From contig MHFR01000060.1 in assembly GCA_001804285.1 (NCBI GenBank), positions 34,442 through 98,441 of the forward strand: a stretch of DNA of 64,000 nucleotides. Direction: 5' to 3'. Position numbers and translations under genes: made by a program. Each line of letters begins with the position of its first letter. Position 1 is the stretch's first letter. This document shows positions 20,621-31,228 of this stretch, piece by piece. The stretch is from Candidatus Danuiimicrobium aquiferis. Its GTDB lineage: Bacteria > Omnitrophota > Omnitrophia > Omnitrophales > Danuiimicrobiaceae. The notes under the pieces were generated by a model. The model did no database searches. It was not told the DNA's origin and was given only the letters and a program-made list of their open reading frames with translations.

Positions 20621-21913
20621 TTATGAACGAAAATCCCACAATTTGCCGCGGCAAATTGTTGCAACCGCTTTTCCCTTCAACTTTTTCCCGACAAAACATG
20701 AGTTTTTCGATTTTGAAACAAAATCATTTTTATTGACCACCCATTCCTGATCAACATCCACGCACGTCAAATTGGCTTCCGCTCCGGTTTTGATTTCGCC
20801 GAACCCATGGGATAATTTCAAAATTTCCGCCGGCCGGACAGACATTTTCTCGACAAGCATTTTCAAATCCATCTTTTTCGTATGAACCAATTCCGTCAGC
20901 GCCACTCCAAGCGACGTTTCGAGTCCGATCACACCGTCAGGCGCATCCTGAAACTCCAGCATTTTCTCTTCGTCCGTATGAGGTGCGTGATCCGAAGCAA
21001 TCGCATCAACCGTTCCGTCCACAAGCCCCGCAATCAACGCCCGCCGGTCTTTTTCCGTCCGAAGCGGCGGCCTCATTTTAAAATTGGTACAATAACGGTC
21101 AACCGCTTCATCCGTCAGTGAAAAATGATGCGGTGTCACATCCGATGTCACTTTAATTCCTTTCGCTTTTGCATCGCGAATCATGGCAACGGAACCGGCC
21201 GTGGAAATGTGTGTCATATGAATCCGCGCACCCGTGTACTCAGCGAGAATCAAGTCGCGGGCAATCGCAATTTCCTCACTCGCAGAAGGAATTCCCCTCA
21301 ACCCCACTTTCGTGGAAACCAGCCCCTCATTCATCACGCCGGGGCCGGAAAGCCGTCTGTCTTCCGCATGACTAATCAACAGCAGGTCAAGCATCGATGC
21401 ATACTCAAGCGCGTGTCTCATCAGAAGCGAATCCGCCACCCACTCACCGTCATCACTCACCGCGCACGCACCCGCTTTCTTCATATCCGACATTTCGGAA
21501 AGTTCTTTACCTGCGCGTTCTTTTGTAATGGTCGCCGCCGGAAAAATATAAAATGGAACTTCATTCGCCTTCCGGATAATATTGTCGATCACACTTTGAT
21601 GATCGCACGGCGGATTCGTATTAGGCATCGCCACCGCCGCCACAAAACCGCCTCTCAGCGCAGCGCGTGATCCGGTTTCAATAGTTTCTTTTTGTTCAAA
21701 TCCCGGTTCCCGCATATGAACATGCATATCAATCAAGCCGGGAAATAAGTATTTGCCGCTTCCGTCAAACACTTGCGCATTCTCAACCGGTTCAATGTCT
21801 TTTTTAATCGCCGTAATTTTTCCTTTTTGAATCAACACATCCAAAATACCGTCCATTTGATTTTTGGGATCAACCACATGGATTTTTTTAATTAAAAGCT
21901 GAAGATTCGTCAT
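20621..21913 (-). CDS. pyrC: Dihydroorotase
   Basis: 'DMHVHMREPG' metal-binding motif, '...DHAPH' motif. 430 aa. Confidence 0.9.
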   Translation of the reverse strand: MTNLQLLIKKIHVVDPKNQMDGILDVLIQKGKITAIKKDIEPVENAQVFDGSGKYLFPGLIDMHVHMREPGFEQKETIETGSRAALRGGFVAAVAMPNTNPPCDHQSVIDNIIRKANEVPFYIFPAATITKERAGKELSEMSDMKKAGACAVSDDGEWVADSLLMRHALEYASMLDLLLISHAEDRRLSGPGVMNEGLVSTKVGLRGIPSASEEIAIARDLILAEYTGARIHMTHISTAGSVAMIRDAKAKGIKVTSDVTPHHFSLTDEAVDRYCTNFKMRPPLRTEKDRRALIAGLVDGTVDAIASDHAPHTDEEKMLEFQDAPDGVIGLETSLGVALTELVHTKKMDLKMLVEKMSVRPAEILKLSHGFGEIKTGAEANLTCVDVDQEWVVNKNDFVSKSKNSCFVGKKLKGKAVATICRGKLWDFRS

Positions 21914-21916
21914 CTC

Positions 21917-22861
21917 TTACCCCTCAATTTTCTTTCGAGCGCCGCTCAGCAGATAAAGCACCGCCATGCGGACAGCCAAACCGTTCGTCACTTGATCCAA
22001 TATCACCGAAGAGGGCCCATCCATCACATCGCTTGAAACTTCAATCCCGCGGTTCACCGGCCCCGGATGCATAATCACGACATCTTTCTTTGCAACTTCT
22101 AAAACTTTGCGATTGATTTGATAGGTATTCGCATATTCGCGAATACTCGGAAAAAAACATTCGCTTTGGCGTTCCATTTGAATCCGAAGCAAATTAATGA
22201 CATCCGCGTCTTTGATCGCATCATACAAATCATAGATCACTTCAACGCCCAACTCCTCAACCTTCGGAGGAATAAGCGTCTTGGGACCGCACACGACCAC
22301 TTTTGCACCCATTTTCGTCAGGCCCCAGATATTCGAACGCGCAACACGGCTGTGCAGGATATCGCCGATAAACGTCACCTTAACGCCCTCGAGAGTTCCT
22401 TTTTTTTCTTTAATGGTAAACATGTCGAGTAACGCTTGCGTGGGATGCTCGTTAATTCCGTCACCCGCATTGATAAAACTCACATCAAGCCTCTCCGCTA
22501 AACGGTGCGGGGCGCCGGACGCCGGATGCCGCATCACGATAATATCCACTTTGAGAGATTCAATGTTGCGCACGGTATCTTTAATGGATTCTCCTTTCAC
22601 GGTGCTGGAAGTGGCCGCCGAAAAATTAATCGTATCCGCACTTAACCGTTTTTCGGCAAGCTCAAACGAAATCCGCGTCCGTGTACTCGGCTCGAAAAAC
22701 ATATTCGCAACCGTCCGCCCGCGCAGGGTGGGAACTTTTTTCACCGGCCTTGTTGAAACTTCCTGCAGTGATTTCGCCGTATCCAAAATAAGCGTTATTT
22801 CTTCGCGCGATAAATCTTTCAGGCCCACCAAATCTTTCCGCGTCCACGCCGTTTTAGTCAT
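21917..22861 (-). CDS. pyrB: Aspartate carbamoyltransferase catalytic subunit
   Basis: 'STRTR' carbamoyl-phosphate binding motif. 'HPGPVNRG' motif (cf. HPLP). Confidence 0.9.
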   Translation of the reverse strand: MTKTAWTRKDLVGLKDLSREEITLILDTAKSLQEVSTRPVKKVPTLRGRTVANMFFEPSTRTRISFELAEKRLSADTINFSAATSSTVKGESIKDTVRNIESLKVDIIVMRHPASGAPHRLAERLDVSFINAGDGINEHPTQALLDMFTIKEKKGTLEGVKVTFIGDILHSRVARSNIWGLTKMGAKVVVCGPKTLIPPKVEELGVEVIYDLYDAIKDADVINLLRIQMERQSECFFPSIREYANTYQINRKVLEVAKKDVVIMHPGPVNRGIEVSSDVMDGPSSVILDQVTNGLAVRMAVLYLLSGARKKIEG

Positions 22862-23402
22862 TTTTGGTTTCTCCCTCGAAGACCACCACGGAATCTTCTT
22901 CGCCGCATTCTTTCAAATTCACAACCACGTCTTCCTGTTTCGACGTCGGAATATTTTTCCCGACATAATCCGCTTTAATCGGCAGTTCCCGGTGTCCTCG
23001 GTCAATTAATACCGCAAGTTGAATGAATTCCGGCCGGCCGAAATCAATAATCGCATCCATCGCACACCGAATCGTCCTTCCGGTAAACAAAACGTCGTCG
23101 ACTAAAATAATTTTTTTACCGCTCACACCAAAATCAATCTCTGTTTCTCTGATATCCGGCTGAGCCCCGATTTCCGTCAAATCATCCCGGTAAAGCGTAA
23201 TATCCAAAAGCCCGAGTTCAATTTCGGTCCCTTCGATTTCCTTTATTTTTTCCTGAAACCGTTTCGCCAGAAAGGCACCACCCGTCCGGATTCCGATCAA
23301 CGCCAGAGCCTTCGCCCCTTTATTTTTCTCTAAAATTTCATGGGCAATTCGAGTAATTGCCCGGGTGATTTCTTCTGAACTCATAATCTGTTTTTGCGGC
23401 AT
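22854..23402 (-). CDS. pyrR: Bifunctional pyrimidine operon regulator / uracil phosphoribosyltransferase PyrR
   Basis: '[17 protein letters not shown]...[18 protein letters not shown]' PRTase fold. First gene of the pyr operon. Confidence 0.9.
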   Translation of the reverse strand: MPQKQIMSSEEITRAITRIAHEILEKNKGAKALALIGIRTGGAFLAKRFQEKIKEIEGTEIELGLLDITLYRDDLTEIGAQPDIRETEIDFGVSGKKIILVDDVLFTGRTIRCAMDAIIDFGRPEFIQLAVLIDRGHRELPIKADYVGKNIPTSKQEDVVVNLKECGEEDSVVVFEGETKND

Positions 23403-23417
23403 AAATCCTCAAATTTC

Positions 23418-23520
23418 CAAAAAAAAAGCTCACCGTTTTGGTGAGCTTTGAACTTTTTTATAATTGCAGATTGACTTCATTTTCATCCTTTTCTGGCTTC
23501 TCAGAACCAGTTTAAAAGGT
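23418..23520 (-). promoter_or_regulatory. pyr operon leader: candidate PyrR-binding anti-antiterminator hairpin (CUGGUUCUGAGAAGCCAG) followed by intrinsic terminator/attenuator (AGCUCACCAAAACGGUGAGCU + U9) immediately upstream of pyrR
   Basis: The hairpin and U-run are read directly at 23418-23447. The loop sequence resembles the PyrR box ARUCCNGNGAGGYU (imperfect). A possible -35 TTGACG lies at about 23574-23579. Confidence 0.55.
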
Positions 23521-23603
23521 TAACTGACCTATTAATGCTTAATTGTGTAAACCTTACCCGATATTTCCATTTTCGTCAAGGGCGAAAAATTTGAATAAAA
23601 AAA

Positions 23604-24120
23604 CCACATGATGCTGACCTGTAAGCCGAGTTCTGTCCCCGCCACTTACGTGGCGGGTAATGATCATCTATCTAGGGCGCTGCTTGCGCAAACGCCTCAT
23701 GCGACCAACCCAAAACTTGGGAACGGGCCGTTCCCCCCGGCATCCGCAAAATCAGTGATTCTGCGCCGCCGAGTTCGTTTTCTATTCGGTCTTTCTCCAA
23801 GCGGGGTTTACCATGCGCCCTCCGTCGCCTTCGGGCCGGTGGTCTCTTAAACCGCCGTCACTCCCCATCATTAAATGAGAAATGACGACTGCACTCACTT
23901 TCTATTGATTACTCAATAAGAGTGACTGCCGCCGTTTCACCTTAACCCCCGATTGATGGGTTTGACACCATCAACAAAAGGCTGTTTATTTTCTGTGGCA
24001 CTTTCCATCTTTCACGGCTTTGGCCATGAAAGTCTCTGTGTTACAGAGCGCTCTTGCCCTGTGGAGCTCGGACTTTCCTCCTCCACGAATGGAAGCGATC
24101 ACCCGGTCAACATCATGTGG
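23604..24120 (-). ncRNA. rnpB: RNase P RNA (bacterial type A) with an enlarged internal helix (about 515 nt)
   Basis: Reverse complement contains GGAGGAGGAAAGTCCGAGCTCCACAGGGCA (P4/CR-I), GGTTAAGGTGAAACGGCGG, GGTAAACCCCGCTTGGAGAAAGACCGAATAG, and 3' CTAGATAGATGATCATTACCCGCCACG...ACAGAACTCGGCTTACAGGTCAGCATCATGTGG. P1 pairing is CACATGATGTTGACC/GGTCAGCATCATGTG. Confidence 0.9.
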
Positions 24121-24234
24121 AAAAGAACGATGACGTACAAAATGATTATATCATGAAATTTAAATTATGGTTTTTAACTTCAAAACGATAAAGTAATAAA
24201 AATTTAAAGGATTGGATAGCCTGACAAATATTTA

Positions 24235-25332
24235 TCAATAAACGGCACGGCGGAAGAGAAAAATAGACACCAGCACCATCACTATATTGGGAAGCCATAA
24301 GGAAATCTCGGGCGGCATTGAACCGCTTACTGCCAAGGTCCTCATCCATGCAAAACAAACGTAATAAATCGCGACAATACTCATGGCGATCGTAAAACTC
24401 ACCACTGCCTCGCCGCGGCGCGTAATGATCGCTGCCGGAAGCCCAATCATGGCAAACACAAAAGTCGCAAAGGCGAACGCAATTCTCTTATTAATCTCTG
24501 CTCTGAGGACTCTTTTTTCCTTCGGGGCTTGCGAAATACTCTTATCGTGCTTCAAACGATATAGCAACTCATCAAGCATCATTTCCCTGGGCTTCTTACC
24601 TTTTCCGCCGCTTGCTTTCCCAAGTGTCAAATTCGGAATGGTAAACGTCTCGAAATTCAGCTTATACAAAATCGATGGATCATCCGGATTCGGTTCATCG
24701 CTCGTTCCGTTAAACAACTTAATCGAAAGAGACAGCTCATCTTCACTCGGAATAATTTCACCCGCTTCAGCCAATATTGTCCGCGCCGGACCTTTTTCCT
24801 GCGGCTCATAAATTCTGATTCCTTCCAGCCGTTTCCCCTCTACTTTATTGACCCACATGACATACCCTTCGAAATCTTTGATAAAACGCTCGGCTTCGAT
24901 ATATGCCGTCGGCCGTTTCACCACCATCTGACGGGTCATTTGCCTGAGCGTGTATTGCGCATAAGGTTCAATCTGGTCTACAAGGAAAAGTGAAAAAATA
25001 CTAAGAAGAAACGCCGCCGCAATAACCGGAATCATCACCTTTACGATATTGACACCGCTTGCCTTCATTGCCGTAATTTCATTATTTTGGGCAAAACCGC
25101 CAAATGTGAGAAGAATACTCGCCAGAACACTCGTCGGCAAAATAAATCCAAAGACACTCGGAACCGCAAGCAGCAGCATCACGATCACATCCCAAAGGCT
25201 AACCCCTTTATTCACCAAAAGATCCGCCAATTTCACAAGATGCCCCACCATAAAGATAAACGTAAAAAGTAAAAGAGACATCAGCGTTGGGAAAATAAGC
25301 TCAAAACCGCAATACCGACGAAGAATTTTCAT
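24235..25332 (-). CDS. LPS export ABC permease, LptF/LptG (YjgP/YjgQ) family
   Basis: 365 aa. N-terminus 'ILRRY...' and 6-TM topology with periplasmic beta-jellyroll region are typical of LptF/G. Confidence 0.75.
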   Translation of the reverse strand: MKILRRYCGFELIFPTLMSLLLFTFIFMVGHLVKLADLLVNKGVSLWDVIVMLLLAVPSVFGFILPTSVLASILLTFGGFAQNNEITAMKASGVNIVKVMIPVIAAAFLLSIFSLFLVDQIEPYAQYTLRQMTRQMVVKRPTAYIEAERFIKDFEGYVMWVNKVEGKRLEGIRIYEPQEKGPARTILAEAGEIIPSEDELSLSIKLFNGTSDEPNPDDPSILYKLNFETFTIPNLTLGKASGGKGKKPREMMLDELLYRLKHDKSISQAPKEKRVLRAEINKRIAFAFATFVFAMIGLPAAIITRRGEAVVSFTIAMSIVAIYYVCFAWMRTLAVSGSMPPEISLWLPNIVMVLVSIFLFRRAVY

Positions 25333-25566
25333 TCGGGTTTATCGAACCTTTCTTTTTAACCTGCAGATTCTTATTGTGCCGGGGGCATTGTACACGATCG
25401 GCATGGAAAAATAAAGAATTTGAATATGGACGCCGAATTCGCCATGCCGGATTGATTGTAATTTGCTATGGAATTTGATAGGATTTATTTCGATATTGAA
25501 TTGATCATCATCAATATCATCCTTTAACCGCTTCTATAAAAGAAAATGAAGGAGTGATTATTTCCT

Positions 25567-26115
25567 ATGACTGCTCACAAACTGATGAGAAAAATTGGTT
25601 CTTTTGTATTCCTTTGCGTGCTATCAAACTGCTTGATCGCTAAAGATGCCCATTCAGCAGCCGCAGACCCGCGCATGCAAAAACAGATGCAACAGCAAAG
25701 AGCAATGAAAATGCGCCAAGCCCAAATGATGAATCAGGCCCAACAAGGAGGTCAAAGCCAACCGGGTTTAAATTCCGCTAACCCGTCATCAGCGAATGCT
25801 TCCGCACTCCCGGGCGAAGGCCCTCTTCCTTCTCCTCAGGAAATTAAAGAAACCATCGAACGCGCCCTCAAATCAAGCAGCGAATGGCGTCTTGCAAGTC
25901 AAAACATGAGGGATATTATTGCCGGATACCTCATGAATCAATACAAAGACCGCGGCGCCACCTTTGACAAACCGGCGGCATACTACCGGATGAAAATAGA
26001 TTATTTCGTTACGTCGGATCCGGGCATGTTGACTCAACACACGTTGAAGGAAATTTTCCAGGTCGCGGCTCAGATCAGCCCTGAATATTTTGGGGAAGAA
26101 ACCGAACAAATTTAG
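25567..26115 (+). CDS. Secreted hypothetical protein (signal peptide, Q-rich low-complexity region)
   Basis: N-terminal signal peptide 'MRKIGSFVFLCVLSNCLIAKDAHS'. No recognisable domain. Confidence 0.5.
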   Translation: MTAHKLMRKIGSFVFLCVLSNCLIAKDAHSAAADPRMQKQMQQQRAMKMRQAQMMNQAQQGGQSQPGLNSANPSSANASALPGEGPLPSPQEIKETIERALKSSSEWRLASQNMRDIIAGYLMNQYKDRGATFDKPAAYYRMKIDYFVTSDPGMLTQHTLKEIFQVAAQISPEYFGEETEQI

Positions 26116-26119
26116 TTTG

Positions 26120-27379
26120 TTAGTTTGATAGAATGTCGCTTGTGTAAGAATTTCGCCATTCATCCCAAAAATTGCCGTCTTTAATTTTGGAAATGGAATC
26201 CGTCACCTTTGAAACAGACTCTCCTTGATCAATGCGCCTGATGGCTTGATCTATATAGTGACGGTAAGCGGTACCGCGCATCAGAAAAGCCACAAAAGAA
26301 GCTGAAAAACCGTAATAAACAGAATCTTTGTCCCCATACCGGTCCCAAGAAAATATTTCCTTCGGATCGCCACCGGCATTGAGAAACTCTTTCATGTCTT
26401 TAGCACGAGGTATCGATAGTTTCATGGGCAAATAGATTTCCTTGCCATTAAACATCGTATTTTCAAAATGCTCGGCCAAGCCTTCTCCAAGCCATTTCGG
26501 ATATATATTTTGAGTAAACGTGTGCAAAAGCTGATGTGTTGCTTCATGAAACAAAGTTGCATAAAATTTTTGTTTTGATGAATACAATTCCGCCATATTT
26601 TCAAACTTTCTCCAATCGTTATCCCAATAAAAGAGAATCTGATTTTCGACGAAACGGCCAAACCGTCCTCCCGCCACAAGATAACGCGCACTGGTGACCC
26701 CCATTGTCCGGTCGCAATTCAATTGATGTTCTTCACAAAAAGATTCATAGTTCCGTTTGCCTTTAAAAATCCTGATTCGCAATTTGGTGTTAATGGTCTT
26801 ATTTGTCATCCTCGTTTCTTTTTTCAGCAACCGATAAAATCCTTCTAAGATTTTCGCCGTGTCAACACCGAAAGCCTTATTCTCCTCAATTTCAATCTTA
26901 TATGTTCCTGTCGTAATGACAAACCACGGAACTCCGTTTTCATCCGTTTTTGAAATAGCCGGGGAGCTCACATGCGGCAAAGAAACCCAGGAAGATTTGC
27001 CTTTAGACTTGTCGCCATTAGCGTTTTGAGCGCGTAAGTATCTTTTACTTTTTTGTCTAAAGTTTTGATCATAGTCACTCGGCATCACGCCGGTAATCGA
27101 AATAATTTCCTTCCCGCTCGCAGCCTTAGCGACCTCGACCTTGTTCAGGTTTTTAATGATTAATTCTGCGGGTTGCTTTTCAGGGGCAGAGTCTTGCTCC
27201 GCTTCCCGATTCACTTCAGCCGTTATCTCCTGGCTTGCAAACGCAATAGGAATACTTCTCAGACAATCAAGATCCACAGCCAACAGGATGAAAATCATCA
27301 GAAAAACAGTTCTCAAAAAGACTTTTTGTAGCTTGGCCCGTCGAATCGGTTGATTGATCAATTCTTTTCCAGTAGTCAT
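26120..27379 (-). CDS. Secreted DUF1570-family putative zinc metallopeptidase (HExxH...E, peptidase MA-like)
   Basis: 'ATLFHEATHQLLH' HExxH, then downstream 'GEGLAEHFE' (candidate third zinc ligand). N-terminal signal/TM. Paralog at 51585..52988. Confidence 0.6.
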   Translation of the reverse strand: MTTGKELINQPIRRAKLQKVFLRTVFLMIFILLAVDLDCLRSIPIAFASQEITAEVNREAEQDSAPEKQPAELIIKNLNKVEVAKAASGKEIISITGVMPSDYDQNFRQKSKRYLRAQNANGDKSKGKSSWVSLPHVSSPAISKTDENGVPWFVITTGTYKIEIEENKAFGVDTAKILEGFYRLLKKETRMTNKTINTKLRIRIFKGKRNYESFCEEHQLNCDRTMGVTSARYLVAGGRFGRFVENQILFYWDNDWRKFENMAELYSSKQKFYATLFHEATHQLLHTFTQNIYPKWLGEGLAEHFENTMFNGKEIYLPMKLSIPRAKDMKEFLNAGGDPKEIFSWDRYGDKDSVYYGFSASFVAFLMRGTAYRHYIDQAIRRIDQGESVSKVTDSISKIKDGNFWDEWRNSYTSDILSN

Positions 27380-27491
27380 TTGAATGGCTTCGCTATTTTA
27401 AAGCTGATTAAAAAAAGGGACGGTTCTAAAAACGAAGTGCCCGCAATCATCCGCACCGACTAACTTAGAACCCTCCTCTTAATATTTGAAA

Positions 27492-27806
27492 TCAAAATCC
27501 CAATTTCTTCTTCATGTCCTTGCCTGCTTTTCCAGCTTCCTTCTGTATCCTTTTTGCTTCCTGCTCGGCATAGCGCTTCACCCGATCGGCCTTGCGCTGG
27601 GCCAGAATTTGGTCTTTTTCAAGGCCTTTCTTCCCCATGGTCGCAAATGAATCGACTATCTTATCAAGAACGTTCTCTTGATATTCAGCAGCGTAGCAAA
27701 CGTTCATTGGCAGACTTGAAAACATCAATGACATTACAAAAAACAACGTTGCTAAACGTTTCATTCTATACCTCCTTTTTTCTAATAACATCACTGCCAT
27801 TGGCAA
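27492..27806 (-). CDS. Small secreted K/E-rich protein (probable start at 'MKRLATLFFVMSLMF', ~27764)
   Basis: Signal peptide followed by a charged helical region. No domain recognised. Confidence 0.45.
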   Translation of the reverse strand: MPMAVMLLEKRRYRMKRLATLFFVMSLMFSSLPMNVCYAAEYQENVLDKIVDSFATMGKKGLEKDQILAQRKADRVKRYAEQEAKRIQKEAGKAGKDMKKKLGF

Positions 27807-28264
27807 ATTATAAGAGTGGGTAGTTAAAAATCAATCAATAAATAATCATGACCGGTCGGACAAATCGTAATTTTTATAAGCCTCTTGAGCGCAATCATGC
27901 CGATCGTCATTTATTAAAACTCCCCCCTGCCTTTATTAGCGGGTATCTACATCAAGGGTACCCATTTCAAAAATGCACTGCAATTTTGTTAGTACCTAAC
28001 GGACGGCGTGTGGTATGCGGTATGCAACAGGGCACGGGATTGCTAAAGGGCTAATAGTGGGTGCTTATTCCGCATTCTATTTTCGTATTTTGACTATATA
28101 ACTTAGGAGGTGCTAAGGCACGATCACCCCAGCCTGACACGTACAGTAACGCCTCCGATTATTTTGAAAAAAAAGTAATGGCAGTTGTAAAAGTTGATTT
28201 TTCGGTTGTATAATGAATTAATATCTGTTTCCCGCTAAAAAGCTCAATTGGAACTAATACTGTT

Positions 28265-29650
28265 ATGAATGTACGCAGAAATTGGTTAATCGCCGGACTG
28301 ATTATTGTTCTGGTTGTAATCACAGGCCTGATTTCCGTTCGAAGATCCCAACGCGGTTCGAACGATTTTGATACCTACTATAAAGCAGGCAGGGCGGTCA
28401 TTCAAGGCAGCGGAATCTATTATGTAACGGAAGGAAACAACGTTCCGCCAACCGAAGATCATGTCAGTCCCTTCCTCTATCCTCCGGTCGCAGCTTGTTT
28501 TTTTGCGGCCTTTGCTGTTCTTCCGCTTTCAATCGCGAGTTTTTGCTGGAACGCTTTGAACGTCTGTTTTTTTTTCTGGGCCTTGGTCTTGTCATGGCAG
28601 ATTATGCAGCCAAGGCCGCCAAACCTATTGACGGTATTTCAGCGCATTCCGAAATTCGATGCGGTTTTATTCGTCGGAATCGGCTTTTCGTGTTTAATCG
28701 ACAACTTGGCAATGGCCCAGGTAAATATTCTGGTTTTCCTTCTTACCGTCATATCCATTGATTTCTGGCGGAAAAAAAGGGAATTTTGGGGTGGCGTTAT
28801 TCTGTCATGCGCGATCTTAATCAAAGTTACGCCCGCTTTGTTTTGCCTTTACTTTTTGGTCAAGAGAAAACCTAAGTTTTTGGCAGGCACGCTGGCCGGT
28901 GGAATTGTTCTGACTTTATTGATTCCGACACTTATATTTGGGATGGAAGGAAACCGTATTTACCACCGCCAATGGATAGGCCGAAACGTCAAGCCGCTTC
29001 TGATTAATGTCATTCAATATTTTAAAAAGGAAGCGCCGCATCCGGACAAAAAGACACCGGAGCAAATCCGGATGATGCATTTAACCTCCAATTTGCTCAA
29101 GGTCAACCAATCACTGGAAGCTACGATCACAAGACTTTTTTTGAAGAACCGGAATCAGTACGGGCCCGAACGAGGTTATCCAACATATGTTGTCCGCCAC
29201 TACGAGAAATTGCCGGTCATCGGCGGAGGAGTTTCGCTTGAAACTCTTGAAACCGGAGTCCGTATTTTTGAATTGTGTTTGCTGATCGGACTGATGTTTC
29301 TTTTTTTGAGTGTCAAGGCACCGGCTCAGGCAGGGGAATACCTTTACCCGCTGGAATTCTCTTTGATTTATCTGACGATGACATTGATTTCTCCAATCAC
29401 TAGGAGTCAACATATGGTGGTTTGGCTATTTCCAATTTTGGCCGCCATTTGGATGAATCACTGCGTGCCCGAACTTATCCGAGTCCGAAGTGTTATGCTT
29501 TTACGCACCGCACGTACTGCCTGTGTCATCTACTTTTTACAGGGATTACCTTACGGCCAGGCCATCGGAATGGGGACGTGGGCGAATCTAATACTGTGGT
29601 GCGGAATTACCACCGCCTTGCTACAGTTGAATAAAACCCCGCAAAATTAG
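28265..29650 (+). CDS. Polytopic membrane glycosyltransferase, GT87/DUF2029-like (GT-C fold)
   Basis: 461 aa, about 11 TM segments. N-proximal 'NDFDTYYKAGRAV...SPFLYPPVAACFFAAFAVLPL' resembles the DUF2029 signature. Confidence 0.5.
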   Translation: MNVRRNWLIAGLIIVLVVITGLISVRRSQRGSNDFDTYYKAGRAVIQGSGIYYVTEGNNVPPTEDHVSPFLYPPVAACFFAAFAVLPLSIASFCWNALNVCFFFWALVLSWQIMQPRPPNLLTVFQRIPKFDAVLFVGIGFSCLIDNLAMAQVNILVFLLTVISIDFWRKKREFWGGVILSCAILIKVTPALFCLYFLVKRKPKFLAGTLAGGIVLTLLIPTLIFGMEGNRIYHRQWIGRNVKPLLINVIQYFKKEAPHPDKKTPEQIRMMHLTSNLLKVNQSLEATITRLFLKNRNQYGPERGYPTYVVRHYEKLPVIGGGVSLETLETGVRIFELCLLIGLMFLFLSVKAPAQAGEYLYPLEFSLIYLTMTLISPITRSQHMVVWLFPILAAIWMNHCVPELIRVRSVMLLRTARTACVIYFLQGLPYGQAIGMGTWANLILWCGITTALLQLNKTPQN

Positions 29651-29843
29651 AATAATGACCTTGTTTGAGTAATAAAAAGCTTATCAAAGGCCAATAAGTC
29701 AAATGCAGGGCCGTTGACTCCTAAGAAAATTAATTGATTTATAGTACAAACTTCGAAAATTTCCGATATTAAAAAACAAGACATTGTTTTTCATCTCAAT
29801 CTCGTCAACAAAACGAATAACATAAAGAGTGTACATTTTTATT

Positions 29844-30854
29844 TCAAACCATTCCTGAAATAATTCCGGAGTCGTTGGGAGATTGAAAAGGAATGCGCCT
29901 GACTTTCTTCACGCCGGCTTGAATTAGCATCCCTTTAATTTGATTTTCCGAATAGGCATGGCCGCGGTTGGTCCCTAAAAGCATGTTCAGCGAAAAAAGA
30001 GCCGGAAAAAGCGGGCCGTCCATTGTATTGTTTAATATGAATTCGTGGACGATGATCATCCCTCCCGGTTTTAGTACCGAAACCGCCTTTCGGACAATTT
30101 TTTGACAATCTTGACTGCCCTCTCCGTGAAGAATATGAGAAAGCCAAGCAACATCATAAGTCCCGGGAATATGATCCCGCAAGTAATCCACGGCCTTGAA
30201 ATCGATTCGATCCGTTAAATGAAATTTCTTGACGGTCTCTTGGGCGAATGCTTTTGTGGTCGGAAGATCGCAAACGGTCGCTGCAAGTCCGGGATTATTC
30301 ATGCAGAAATGGATAGCATACGTTCCCGGCCCACCTCCCAAATCGAGCAGATGCTTTCGCCCGGAAATATCTATTTTAGCGACAAGCCGCGGAGCAAAGG
30401 TCATCGCAATATTAAACATGCCTAAAAGAAAATTTTTCCGTTCTTCTTTATTGCGTTGAGCAATCCCCGCTCTGATAGGCTTTCCGGATTTCACCGCTCT
30501 GTCCAACTGCTGCCAAGACGCCATCAAACCATGATGATGCAAAATAATATAACCCAGATACTGAGCGGACTCTTTTGAAAGAAACGATAAAGCAGCGGAC
30601 GTATTAGAATACGACTCGCCTTTTTTTGTCAAAAGCTTCATGGCGGATAGTGCATTGAGCAACATCAAAACCGCTTTCTCATTCGCGCCGATATGCCTGG
30701 CGACGCTTTCGCTTGTCAACCGTTTTTTCCTTATCACCGTAAAGATATCAAGTTTCACCGCGGCATGGAGGACACACGTTTCCCAATACGCCCCGGAAAG
30801 CTCCAAGAACCGGCCCGGATTCCATATTTTTATTGAATTTTTCTTCTTTAGCAT
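29844..30854 (-). CDS. Class I SAM-dependent O-methyltransferase (plant-type OMT family 2 with N-terminal dimerisation domain); start taken at 'MLKKKNSIKIW'
   Basis: 'LLDLGGGPGTYAIHF' SAM motif I. 'ELSGAYWETCVLHAAVKLDIF' dimerisation-domain-like N-terminus. Confidence 0.75.
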   Translation of the reverse strand: MLKKKNSIKIWNPGRFLELSGAYWETCVLHAAVKLDIFTVIRKKRLTSESVARHIGANEKAVLMLLNALSAMKLLTKKGESYSNTSAALSFLSKESAQYLGYIILHHHGLMASWQQLDRAVKSGKPIRAGIAQRNKEERKNFLLGMFNIAMTFAPRLVAKIDISGRKHLLDLGGGPGTYAIHFCMNNPGLAATVCDLPTTKAFAQETVKKFHLTDRIDFKAVDYLRDHIPGTYDVAWLSHILHGEGSQDCQKIVRKAVSVLKPGGMIIVHEFILNNTMDGPLFPALFSLNMLLGTNRGHAYSENQIKGMLIQAGVKKVRRIPFQSPNDSGIISGMV

Positions 30855-31163
30855 ACATTCCCCGAAAATAAATCTTCGTCGATAAATTTTTGAACCATCG
30901 GTACCCCTTTCCACCGTACGGCTTATCATCCAGCATGGCACCAGCAGCAGGCTTTTTGCAACCCTCGTAGAGGGTAACACCTCCTGGTTCCTCTACTAAA
31001 TCGTGTTCTGTCGTAGAGCAATCCACAATCAAGCCATTTTCCGACGCTCAGACAATAAAAAAACAATTCTATATTTATTTGCTTTTTCTAAACTCGCGGC
31101 GGAAGATGGCCTGATTGCAGGAAACTATCTGAAATCCTTCCGCGGAGTATCCATATACATGGT

Positions 31164-31228
31164 CCCGTTTGAAATAGTACCGCTTGTTTTTTGATTTTTT
31201 CCTTATCTTCCGGTACTATTTCAAACGG
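31164..31228. terminator. Perfect 19-bp inverted repeat (CCCGTTTGAAATAGTACCG...CGGTACTATTTCAAACGGTACC) with T-rich 27-nt loop, downstream of the PD40 gene
   Basis: Direct reading. Candidate transcription terminator or protein-binding palindrome. Confidence 0.5.

Noticed and set aside
20445-20699. 84-aa ORF ending in 'PLPWGEGRGEGR'
   Set aside because: It is the translation of the family A GC-rich palindrome, a well-known annotation artefact, and overlaps the 3' end of pyrC.
30748-31032. 94-aa ORF overlapping the O-methyltransferase N-terminus in another frame
   Set aside because: Its 3' third overlaps the OMT dimerisation domain coding region, so it cannot be a full gene. Only the upstream ~59 codons could be real; this is flagged as a low-confidence finding instead.
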